Assembly: GCA_934122115.1 (NCBI GenBank)
Contig: CAKOVU010000005.1
Span: 14,596 to 78,595, forward strand
Direction: 5' to 3'
From: an uncultured Clostridia bacterium
Lineage (GTDB): Bacteria; Bacillota; Clostridia; TANB77; CAG-508
DNA: 64,000 nucleotides
Of this stretch, positions 45,423 through 54,114 are shown piece by piece. The position numbers and the translations under genes are program-made. Numbering within the stretch: the stretch's first letter is position 1; each line of letters starts with the position of its first letter. The notes below the pieces were generated by a model, which did not search any database, had not been told where the DNA came from, and saw nothing but the letters and a program-made list of their open reading frames with translations.

Positions 45423-45990
45423 ATTTTTCTATAATTTCTTTATCTTTTGTGCTCAATTCTTTTTTGTTTACGTATCCTTTAGTATAGAAATCTTTATAAT
45501 ACATTATCAAAGCAAATATTGTTAAAGCTAAAGCAATGTAGTATATATAAATATCAAAATGATATGTAATATTGAAGTAATTTATAATTAATGAGCAAAC
45601 TATTGCTATATAAAATATCACAGTTGCTAGCTTTCCATACCATCTGCTAGATACTACTAGCTTTTTTCCATATAGGAAAGAAGCTCCAGCTATCATTATA
45701 GTTTCTTTTACAAATACTGCAATTAAAAACCAATAAGGTATTATATTTATAAATGTTAAAGCTATTAAAGTTGCAATTTGTGTAGCTTTATCTGCAAGTG
45801 GGTCAATTAATTTTCCAAAATTGGTAATGCAATTAAACTTTCTTGCAATAAAACCATCTAATACATCTGTTAAACCAGATAAAGTTAAAAATATAAATGC
45901 TAATAAATAGTTTTGGTTTAATATTGAAGTGAATATGAATGGTATAAGTATAAATCTACATATAGTTAATATATTTGGTACGTGTTTCAT
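45421..45990 (-). CDS. pgsA: CDP-diacylglycerol--glycerol-3-phosphate 3-phosphatidyltransferase
   Basis: DGxxAR-x8-G-x3-D-x3-D motif (DGFIARKFNCITNFGKLIDPLADK). ATG at 45990 lies 5 nt after GGAGG. Confidence 0.85.
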   Translation of the reverse strand: MKHVPNILTICRFILIPFIFTSILNQNYLLAFIFLTLSGLTDVLDGFIARKFNCITNFGKLIDPLADKATQIATLIALTFINIIPYWFLIAVFVKETIMIAGASFLYGKKLVVSSRWYGKLATVIFYIAIVCSLIINYFNITYHFDIYIYYIALALTIFALIMYYKDFYTKGYVNKKELSTKDKEIIEK

Positions 45991-46013
45991 TTTTTCCTCC
46001 ATGTGACTAATGA

Positions 46014-48323
46014 TTAGTCAACTTTAAAAATCAATTTTGGGTTATTTTTATCTAATTCTACAAAAACTTTTTGTCCATATTGTAATTCTGATCTTAATAG
46101 CATATCTGCTAATTCATCTTCAATATAGTGTTGTATAGCTCTTCTTAAAGGTCTAGCTCCATATTTTAAATCTGTTCCTTTTTCTAATAGATACTTTTTA
46201 GCTTCCTCAGATACAACTAATTGAATATTTTTATCATTTAGTACCGTTTGAGTATCAGAAAGCATTAAGCTAACTATCTGTAATAATTGTTCGTTTGTTA
46301 ATGGGTTAAACGCTACTATTTCATCAATTCTATTTAAGAATTCTGGTCTGAATATGTCTTTTAAAGCGTCAAGCATTTTGTTTTTTGAAGCTTCAGAATT
46401 ACCGAAACCAATTGAATTTGTATTTAAAGTAGAACCTGCATTAGATGTCATTATTATTATAGTATTTTCAAAGTTTACTACATTTCCCTGTGAATCTGTA
46501 AGCCTTCCATCATCAAGAACTTGTAATAATATATTGAATATATCTGGATGAGCTTTTTCTATTTCGTCGAAAAGTAGGATAGAATAAGGATTTCTCTTTA
46601 CTTTTTCTGTTAATTGACCAGCATCATCGTAACCAACATATCCTGGAGGTGCACCGATTAATTTTGCTGTAGAGTGACTTTCCATATATTCAGACATATC
46701 GAAGCGGATGATTGAGTTTTCATTTCCAAACATTTCAAATGCTAGTGCTTTTGAAAGCTCTGTTTTTCCGACACCTGTAGGACCAACGAATATAAATGAA
46801 GGTGGTCTTTTAGTGCTTTGAAGCCCAACTCTATTTCTTCTAATTGCCCTAGCTACTGCTGATACAGCTTCATCCTGACCAATTATTCTTTTATGAAGAT
46901 TACTTTCTAGGTTTATTAGCTTTTGAGTTTCTGCTTCTGTTATTTTATTAACTGGTATTTTGGTCCAGCTTTCGACAACATTTGCAATATCTTGTACAGT
47001 TAAAACACTTGGTTTCATTTCTTTCTTAATTTTGTCTATTTGTTCCAATAAAGAACATTCTTGGCTTTTTAGCTCTGCTGCTTTTTGATAATCTTCTGTT
47101 GAATCGGCTTGTGCAGCTTCTTCTTTCTGCTCTTGAACATCTTTTAATTTATTATTCAATACTTCTAAATCATACAATTTTTTATCACTTAGATTTATTT
47201 TTGAACAAGCCTCATCAAGGATATCAATAGCTTTATCTGGTAAAAATCTATCATGAATATATTTTTCAGACATATATACTATTTTTTCAATTATATCATT
47301 ATATATAATTACATGATGGTAGTCTTCATAATATTTCTTTATACCTTTTAAGATTAAAATAGAATCTTCAACAGTTGGCTCTTCTACTTTAATTGGCTGG
47401 AATCTTCTTTCTAAAGCTGAATCTTTTTCTATGTATTTTCTGTATTCCTTTAAAGTAGTAGTTCCGATTAATTGAATTTCACCATTTGAAAGAGATGGTT
47501 TTAAAATGTTGGCTGCATTCATAGAATGCTCTGCATCGCCTGCTCCAATTATATTGTGTATCTCATCAATTACTAAAATTATATTGCCGGCACTTTTACA
47601 TTCATCTATCAAAGCTTTCATTCTAGCTTCAAATTGACCTCTAAACTGAGTTCCTGCAATCATAGCTGTCATATCTAGTAAATATACTTCTTTGTTTAAT
47701 AATTTAGCTGGTACATTGCCATTTGCAATTCTTATTGCTAGACCTTGTGCAATAGCTGTTTTACCAACTCCAGGTTCACCAATTAAGCAAGGATTATTTT
47801 TAGAACGCCTATTTAAAATTTGTATCATTCTTTCAATTTCTTTATCTCTGCCGATTACTAAATCAAGTTGATTATTCTTAGCTTTGTAAGTTAAATTGGT
47901 TCCGTAAGTATCTAAAAAATTTCTCTTTTTATTCTTAGATTTACTTTTTTCTTTTACTTTTTGTGTATTATTTGAAGTATTAGTATTATCGGAACCGCCA
48001 AGGTTAAATATTCCAGAGAAAATTGACCCCAAAGGAATTCCATCTGGAGAATCAATTTCAGAACTTTCATTTATAACATTATTAAGTGCTTCATCTTCAT
48101 CAATATTTCCAGATAGATTAGAAAATAAGTTTTCTAATTGAGCAGTCATATTTGAGATATCTTTATCAGATAAATTAGCTTGTTTTGCTAAAGAATCTAT
48201 TGGATTTACTCCCATTTTTGAAGCACAACTATAGCAAAGCCCTTGCAATTCAGACTTATTATCTTGCCCTTGTTTATTTATAAAAATTACTGCAGTATTT
48301 TTCTTACATACTGAACATAACAT
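46014..48323 (-). CDS. clpE: Clp ATPase with N-terminal zinc ribbon (ClpE-type)
   Basis: N-terminal CxxC-x23-CxxC. Two AAA modules (GEPGVGKT and GPTGVGKT). IGF ClpP-docking loop. Confidence 0.75.
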   Translation of the reverse strand: MLCSVCKKNTAVIFINKQGQDNKSELQGLCYSCASKMGVNPIDSLAKQANLSDKDISNMTAQLENLFSNLSGNIDEDEALNNVINESSEIDSPDGIPLGSIFSGIFNLGGSDNTNTSNNTQKVKEKSKSKNKKRNFLDTYGTNLTYKAKNNQLDLVIGRDKEIERMIQILNRRSKNNPCLIGEPGVGKTAIAQGLAIRIANGNVPAKLLNKEVYLLDMTAMIAGTQFRGQFEARMKALIDECKSAGNIILVIDEIHNIIGAGDAEHSMNAANILKPSLSNGEIQLIGTTTLKEYRKYIEKDSALERRFQPIKVEEPTVEDSILILKGIKKYYEDYHHVIIYNDIIEKIVYMSEKYIHDRFLPDKAIDILDEACSKINLSDKKLYDLEVLNNKLKDVQEQKEEAAQADSTEDYQKAAELKSQECSLLEQIDKIKKEMKPSVLTVQDIANVVESWTKIPVNKITEAETQKLINLESNLHKRIIGQDEAVSAVARAIRRNRVGLQSTKRPPSFIFVGPTGVGKTELSKALAFEMFGNENSIIRFDMSEYMESHSTAKLIGAPPGYVGYDDAGQLTEKVKRNPYSILLFDEIEKAHPDIFNILLQVLDDGRLTDSQGNVVNFENTIIIMTSNAGSTLNTNSIGFGNSEASKNKMLDALKDIFRPEFLNRIDEIVAFNPLTNEQLLQIVSLMLSDTQTVLNDKNIQLVVSEEAKKYLLEKGTDLKYGARPLRRAIQHYIEDELADMLLRSELQYGQKVFVELDKNNPKLIFKVD

Positions 48324-48364
48324 AAATTTCTTACTCCTAACTTTTTGTATAAAATTACTTTTAT

Positions 48365-48393
48365 ATTCTACTATAAAATAGATAAATAGTCAA
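48365..48393 (-). promoter_or_regulatory. Candidate clpE promoter
   Basis: Minus strand: TTGACT, 17-nt spacer, TAGAAT. Confidence 0.45.
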
Positions 48394-48561
48394 TGAGGGG
48401 AGTTTGATACATTGGCTCCTGTAAGAATTGATATATTTGGCTTTAATGAGAGAATAAGTGAAAGAAATTATAAAGATGTAAAAATTTAATTGAGGATAAA
48501 AATTTGAATAAAATTGTAAATTTGCAGAATTATAATAAAATAATAAATAATGAAATAATAC

Positions 48562-48590
48562 TTGCAATGAATAAAACGAATTGTTATAAT
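48562..48590 (+). promoter_or_regulatory. Candidate fixed promoter outside the left inverted repeat
   Basis: TTGCAA, 17-nt spacer, TGtTATAAT. Confidence 0.4.
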
Positions 48591-48625
48591 AAAAGCAAAA
48601 TAAAAAATAACATAACGTTTTATTA

Positions 48626-48652
48626 TTTCCTTAAGTTATATACTTAACGAAG
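48626..48652. repeat. Left arm of a 27-nt inverted repeat (candidate inverton boundary)
   Basis: TTTCCTTAAGTTATATACTTAACGAAG matches the reverse complement of 48814-48840 at 26 of 27 positions. Confidence 0.8.
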
Positions 48653-48665
48653 CTATATATCGAAA

Positions 48666-48694
48666 ATTATATTACTAAAGTCCTTATATTTCAA
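48666..48694 (-). promoter_or_regulatory. Near-consensus promoter inside the repeat-flanked segment, currently pointing away from the downstream gene
   Basis: Minus strand: TTGAAA (48694-48689), 17-nt spacer, TATAAT (48671-48666). Confidence 0.5.
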
Positions 48695-48813
48695 GCAAAA
48701 ATCGAAAAAGTAATTTTTTCATTTTTACTTAATGAAAACACTTTTGAAAAAGTGCTAAATCTTTGGAAGTTAGTTGTTTCAAAAGCTAGGACAATATTTT
48801 TTTAGAAAATTTA

Positions 48814-48840
48814 CTTCGTTAAGTATATAACTTAAAGAAA
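48814..48840. repeat. Right arm of the 27-nt inverted repeat
   Basis: CTTCGTTAAGTATATAACTTAAAGAAA. 161 bp separate the two arms. The arm ends 54 nt before the ATG at 48895. Confidence 0.8.
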
Positions 48841-48894
48841 AGTGGAATAATAAAATAAATCCTAGAAACAAAGGAGAAAGAAAGGAGAAAATAT

Positions 48895-50187
48895 ATGGAA
48901 AAAGAAAAAAATAAAAAGTATGAGGGAGGTATAACATTAGTTGCTTTAGTAGTAACAATAGTCATATTATTAATTCTAGCAGGAGTAAGTTTGAATCTAG
49001 TAATAGGCAATGAAGGAATTTTAAAAAGAAGTAAAGAAGCAGCAGACAAATATGGAAAACAAGCAGAAAATGAGCAACAAGTATTAAATAATGTAGAAAA
49101 CTGGATGGATGAACAATTTGGCGGAATGCAGAAAGTAGCAGTAAATACAAAAGCCACAAAAAATGGAACGATAAACGGTAAAGAACCAAATATAAATAAT
49201 CCAATAATACCAAAAGGCTATACACCAATAAACGCAGGAAGTGCAACATGGGGAGATGGAAACAGTAGCCCAGCCCAAAGTTCAGTAGACAATGGATTGG
49301 TAATAAAAGATGATAATAATAATGAATGGGTGTGGATTCCAGTGGAAGCAAGTACATTATCAAGCATGTACGTAACTTCAAATGATGGAATAACAATATC
49401 AGGAGACGTTGGAGTAACAACAAAAATGTATACAAAAACAACAACGATAGGAAGAACTGGAGATATATACACTATATCAAGAGGTATACCCAATACAACA
49501 GATTATAGAGAGCCAGATTTAGTAGTGGGAAGTGATAGTACAAGTTACGATAAAAATGAGTCTTACTATAAAACGATATTAGGATATGATACTCCAAAAG
49601 CAATGGCAGAAGAATTTACAAATGATTATGCCAATATGATAGCAAGTATTCAAAAATATGGAGGATTTTATATAGGAAGGTATGAGCTTTCAAATGATGG
49701 TGTACAAAAGGGAAAAGCAACACTAACAAATACAAATTGGTACAATTTATATAAGAAATGCGCAACATTAAATGCAAGTGATAAAGTAGAAAGTAAAATG
49801 ATATGGGGAATACAGTGGGATTTAGTATGTGATTTCATTTCTAAAAAAGGAGAGCAAAAAAGTATAACAAATTCTACAACATGGGGAAATCATAGCAATA
49901 GCACCGGAAATGCAGCTGTAATGGACGGAATAACCCAAAAATACGGAAGTAAACAAGTAACAGGATATAGTGAATATTGGAAAGCAAATAATATATACGA
50001 TCTAGCTGGCAATTGCTATGAATGGACCCGAGAAGCGAACAGTACCGACGACCGTGCTTACAGAGGAGGCGGTTATAACTTCGATGGCTCGAGCAATCCA
50101 GCCTCTAGCCGTTACATCAGCAATGCGGACAGCAGCTACAGCAGCATACGGTTCTCGTCCCACTTTAATAATAAAGTAGCATTCTAG
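48895..50187 (+). CDS. Pseudopilin-like N-terminus fused to a formylglycine-generating-enzyme (SUMF1/FGE-sulfatase) type domain
   Basis: N-terminal segment KYEGG-ITLVALVVTIVILLILAGVSL. FGE-type motifs GGFYIGRYE, GNCYEWT and YRGGGY. Confidence 0.6.
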   Translation: MEKEKNKKYEGGITLVALVVTIVILLILAGVSLNLVIGNEGILKRSKEAADKYGKQAENEQQVLNNVENWMDEQFGGMQKVAVNTKATKNGTINGKEPNINNPIIPKGYTPINAGSATWGDGNSSPAQSSVDNGLVIKDDNNNEWVWIPVEASTLSSMYVTSNDGITISGDVGVTTKMYTKTTTIGRTGDIYTISRGIPNTTDYREPDLVVGSDSTSYDKNESYYKTILGYDTPKAMAEEFTNDYANMIASIQKYGGFYIGRYELSNDGVQKGKATLTNTNWYNLYKKCATLNASDKVESKMIWGIQWDLVCDFISKKGEQKSITNSTTWGNHSNSTGNAAVMDGITQKYGSKQVTGYSEYWKANNIYDLAGNCYEWTREANSTDDRAYRGGGYNFDGSSNPASSRYISNADSSYSSIRFSSHFNNKVAF

Positions 50188-50241
50188 TAGATTGTAAATT
50201 ACAGCACATGAAATTACAAATATAGCATGTAAATAAAAATC

Positions 50242-50294
50242 AAGACCTTTAAGATCTCATATGAAGAGTAATATCATATGACCTTGAAGGTCTT
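50242..50294 (+). terminator. Long hairpin after the pilin-like/FGE gene
   Basis: AAGACCTT / AAGGTCTT outer stem, TCATATGA / TCATATGA inner stem, then TCTTTCTT. Confidence 0.5.
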
Positions 50295-50402
50295 TCTTGA
50301 GAAAAATATTAGAAAGAATACTAATACAAGTGTATGCTATAACATTGAATTTTAAATTTTATCATGTTATAATTACAAAGAAAATGAATTTAGGAGTAGA
50401 AA

Positions 50403-51242
50403 ATGAAAGCAAGAAAATTAATATATATATCAATCTCGGTTATTTGTGCAGCTTGCATAATTATAGGAATATTTACACAAGTAAAAAAATCATTCAAACC
50501 AAGGAATGTAATTAATACAGAAAATATAATACAAACAGAAGAGAAAACAAATACATTAAAAACGGCTGAGGATATAAAAAAAGAATTTAATGATATATTT
50601 GATAATAAATTTCATATAGATAATTATGATTCAAGCAGTATAAATAAAATTGATAGCACAAAAGAAATTGTGTATACATTTTTTGAATTGCAAGAAACGA
50701 AAGAAAATTATGATATAAATATTGCGTTGCCAATGATAAATATAGCAGATAATGTGGCAAGTGATTTTAATACAAATACCCAAAATGTTTTTGCAAATAA
50801 AGCAAATGAAATATTTGAAAATGCTAAGGAAAATACAGTTTATACTATAGAATACACAGGCTATATAAATGGAGATATAATGTCTGTAATAATAAAATCA
50901 ACTCTGAAAGAAGCTTCAAATGCACAAAGAACAATTGTACAAACATACAATTATAATTTGAAAACAGGTAAAGAAGCAACAATAGAAGATGCAATAGAAC
51001 AAAGAGGAACCACAAAGGATGATGTAAGTAAAAAAATAAACAATCAAATAAATCAAGCAATAAAAGAAGCAAATGATATCCAAGTTTCTGGCTACGAAGT
51101 TTTTGCAAGAGACATAAATGATGAAAGATATAAAGTAGAAAATACAGATACTTTCTATATGGGTGAAGATGGAACTTTGTACATTATATACGCATATGGT
51201 AATAACGAATTTACATCTGAAATGGATATTATTGTAATATAA
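50403..51242 (+). CDS. Membrane-anchored protein resembling DUF4163/DUF3298 (RsiV/PdaC C-terminal-like)
   Basis: Single TM helix. Pattern similarity only. Confidence 0.45.
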   Translation: MKARKLIYISISVICAACIIIGIFTQVKKSFKPRNVINTENIIQTEEKTNTLKTAEDIKKEFNDIFDNKFHIDNYDSSSINKIDSTKEIVYTFFELQETKENYDINIALPMINIADNVASDFNTNTQNVFANKANEIFENAKENTVYTIEYTGYINGDIMSVIIKSTLKEASNAQRTIVQTYNYNLKTGKEATIEDAIEQRGTTKDDVSKKINNQINQAIKEANDIQVSGYEVFARDINDERYKVENTDTFYMGEDGTLYIIYAYGNNEFTSEMDIIVI

Positions 51243-51252
51243 GAGGAGAATT

Positions 51253-53199
51253 ATGCCAAAGAAAATATTAATAACAGAGAAACCATCTGTAGCAATGGAA
51301 TTCGCAAAAGTATTAAATGCAAATGGAACAAGAAGAGATGGATATATAGAGGCAGAAAATTGGATTATAACATGGTGCGTTGGTCATTTAGTAACAATGA
51401 GTTATCCAGAAAAGTATGATGAGAAATTAAAATTCTGGAGATTGGATACATTGCCTTTTATACCAAAAGAATACAAATATGAAGTTATTGCTAATGTAGA
51501 AAAGCAATTTAATGTGATAAAAGGATTATTACAAAGAGAAGATGTAGACCAAATTTATGTGGCTACCGACTCGGGAAGAGAAGGAGAATACATATATAGA
51601 TTAGTGGAGGCTAAGATAGGAGTCTCGGGAAAAGAAAGAAAAAGAGTGTGGATTGATTCACAAACTGAAGAAGAAATAAAAAGAGGAATTAAAGAGGCTA
51701 AATCGCTAGAAGAGTACGATAGCTTATCAGATAGTGCGTATTTAAGAGCAAAAGAAGATTATTTAATAGGAATTAATTTTTCGAGGTTGTTATCAATAAT
51801 ATATGGTAAAAGAGTGGCTAAAGATTTAGGAGAAGATAAAATAACTGTTTCAGTAGGAAGGGTTATGACTTGTGTTCTAGGAATGGTTGTTTCAAGAGAA
51901 AGAGAAATCAGAAACTTTGTAAAAACGCCATATTATAAAGTTGTGGGAAATTTTAAAAATAATGATAAAAATTTTGAAGCGGAATGGAAAGTGACTTCAA
52001 ACTCAAAAATGAATGAATCAATTAAATTGTATAATGAAAGTGGATTCAAAAAAGAAAACGATGCAAAAGAGTTTATATTATCATTGCAGGGAAAGAAAGC
52101 AAGTGTAAAAGAAATAAAAAAATCGAAAGTGAAAGAAAATGCACCATTGCTATTTAATCTTGCTGAAATCCAGAATGAGTGCACTAAAAGATTCAAGATA
52201 AAGCCAGACGAGACATTGGATATTATCCAGAATTTATATGAAAAGAAATTAGTAACATATCCAAGAACTGATGCAAGAGTCATTTCAACTGCTGTTGCAA
52301 AAGTAATAAATAAAAACTTAAATGGAATTACAAAAGGATACAAGGATGAAGAAGTAGGATACTTACTGAAAAAAATGATAGATGAAAAATATTCTACTGA
52401 TTTAATAAAAACTAAATATGTAAATGATAGCAAAATAACGGATCATTATGCAATAATACCAACTGGGCAAGGATATGAAAATTACGAAAAATTGCCAGAG
52501 CTTCAAAAGCAAGTTTATAAAATTATAGTAAAAAGATTTTTAGCTATTTTCTATCCACCAGCAGAGTTTAGCAAAGTTTCTGTAGTGGTAAGAGTAGAAA
52601 ATGATAAAAACGAAGAAGAGTTTAGCACTTCTGGAAAAATATGTACAAAGCAAGGATATTTAGAAGTATTAAAACCTGCAAAAGAAAATAAGTTATTAAC
52701 AAATGACGAACAAAATGTGGAAAACAGCAATGGCTTAGAGATATTGAATGAATTGAAAAGAGGACAAGAACTAGAAGTTGAAAATTATTCAATAAAAGAA
52801 GCACAAACAAATCCACCTACCAGATATAATTCTGGTTCAATAATTCTAGCTATGGAGAATGCCGGAAAATTGATAGAAGATGAGGAACTTAGAGAGCAAA
52901 TAAAAGGGGCTGGAATAGGAACAAGTGCAACAAGAGGAGAAATAATAAAAAAGCTAGAAAAGATTCAGTATATACAAATTAACAACAAAACCCAAATAGT
53001 TACACCTACAGAAAAGGGAGAAGCAATATATGATGTAGTAAATAATTCTATGCCAGATATGCTAAACCCTAAATTAACTGCAAGCTGGGAAAAGGGCTTA
53101 GATATGGTTGCTAAAAAAGAAATAAAATCTGATGAATTTATGAAAAAATTAGAAACTTATATAAACTCTAAATTTAATAAATTAGTAATAAAATATTAA
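51253..53199 (+). CDS. topB: Type IA DNA topoisomerase (topoisomerase III-like)
   Basis: Toprim segments LITEKPS and DSGREGE. Topo IA core with a tyrosine region (TYPRTD). Confidence 0.85.
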   Translation: MPKKILITEKPSVAMEFAKVLNANGTRRDGYIEAENWIITWCVGHLVTMSYPEKYDEKLKFWRLDTLPFIPKEYKYEVIANVEKQFNVIKGLLQREDVDQIYVATDSGREGEYIYRLVEAKIGVSGKERKRVWIDSQTEEEIKRGIKEAKSLEEYDSLSDSAYLRAKEDYLIGINFSRLLSIIYGKRVAKDLGEDKITVSVGRVMTCVLGMVVSREREIRNFVKTPYYKVVGNFKNNDKNFEAEWKVTSNSKMNESIKLYNESGFKKENDAKEFILSLQGKKASVKEIKKSKVKENAPLLFNLAEIQNECTKRFKIKPDETLDIIQNLYEKKLVTYPRTDARVISTAVAKVINKNLNGITKGYKDEEVGYLLKKMIDEKYSTDLIKTKYVNDSKITDHYAIIPTGQGYENYEKLPELQKQVYKIIVKRFLAIFYPPAEFSKVSVVVRVENDKNEEEFSTSGKICTKQGYLEVLKPAKENKLLTNDEQNVENSNGLEILNELKRGQELEVENYSIKEAQTNPPTRYNSGSIILAMENAGKLIEDEELREQIKGAGIGTSATRGEIIKKLEKIQYIQINNKTQIVTPTEKGEAIYDVVNNSMPDMLNPKLTASWEKGLDMVAKKEIKSDEFMKKLETYINSKFNKLVIKY

Positions 53200-53222
53200 G
53201 ATTGTGTTGTGAGGAGGAAAAT

Positions 53223-54062
53223 ATGAAGATAGGATTAGCATTAGCAGGTGGAGGAGTAAAAGGAGCAGGACATATAGGAGTAATTAAAGCTTTAGAAGAA
53301 AATGGAATAGAAATTGAATACATTGGTGGAACAAGTATCGGGAGCATAGTTGCAGCTTTGTATGCAATGGGATATTCTACAGATGAAATGTTAAAATTGT
53401 TTAAATATTTTGCGAAAGATATTATGAAAGTTAGCCCAAAGTATTATTGGTCAAATGTAAAAAGCAAAAAGAATCTTATTGGAGAAGGAATTGTATCTGG
53501 TGAAAATATAGAGCTTGCAATTAATGAATGTGCTACTTTAAAGCATATGAAAAAAATTACCGATTTAAAAATGCCAGTAGTAATGCCCACAGTTGATATT
53601 AAAAACAATAGAAAATACGTTTTTACTAATCATGCATTCGATGATAATTTCAGCAGTGAAAGCTATATTAATGATGTATCAATAGGTAAAGCGGTTCGTG
53701 CAAGTGCTAGCTACCCAGGAATGTTTGCTCCAACAATAATTGGTGAGCATAAATTTGTGGATGGTGGAATTATAGATAATTTACCTACTCATGAAGTAAG
53801 AAAACTAGGAGCAGAAAAAGTTTTGTCTGTAAGGTTTAGCTCAGAAAACACAACAGACCCTAAAAGTCTAATAGAAGTGGTAGTAAAATCAATTGATTTA
53901 TTATTTGATCAGAGAACTGCATATGAAGTACAGAGTAGTGATTATGCCTTAACATTGGATTTAGCAGAGGCTAGTGTGTTTAATATAAAGAAAATTGATT
54001 ATTGCTATGAGCAGGGATATATTGCAGCAATAACTAATATAGACAAAATTAAGAAGATGTGA
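53223..54062 (+). CDS. Patatin-like phospholipase
   Basis: GGGVKGAGHIG, GTSIGS and DGG motifs. ATG at 53223 follows GAGGAGG. Confidence 0.85.
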   Translation: MKIGLALAGGGVKGAGHIGVIKALEENGIEIEYIGGTSIGSIVAALYAMGYSTDEMLKLFKYFAKDIMKVSPKYYWSNVKSKKNLIGEGIVSGENIELAINECATLKHMKKITDLKMPVVMPTVDIKNNRKYVFTNHAFDDNFSSESYINDVSIGKAVRASASYPGMFAPTIIGEHKFVDGGIIDNLPTHEVRKLGAEKVLSVRFSSENTTDPKSLIEVVVKSIDLLFDQRTAYEVQSSDYALTLDLAEASVFNIKKIDYCYEQGYIAAITNIDKIKKM

Positions 54063-54114
54063 TAGAATACGGTTATCCTAAAACATAAAAAATTAATTAT
54101 GGGAGGAAAGCATT

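Noticed and set aside
48361-48567. 68-aa minus-strand ORF upstream of clpE
   Set aside because: It has an AT-rich reading frame with no RBS and overlaps the candidate clpE promoter. It is more likely non-coding.
48324-48620. CtsR operator for clpE
   Set aside because: Only one partial heptad (AGTCAAT) is present, with no direct GGTCAAA-N3-GGTCAAA repeat on either strand by eye.
51253-53199. topB as the missing DNA-processing gene of the T4SS-like cluster
   Set aside because: Topoisomerase III genes do travel with conjugative elements. This one, however, lies about 17 kb away and is separated by the str operon, comEC, pgsA and clpE, with no other transfer genes around it.
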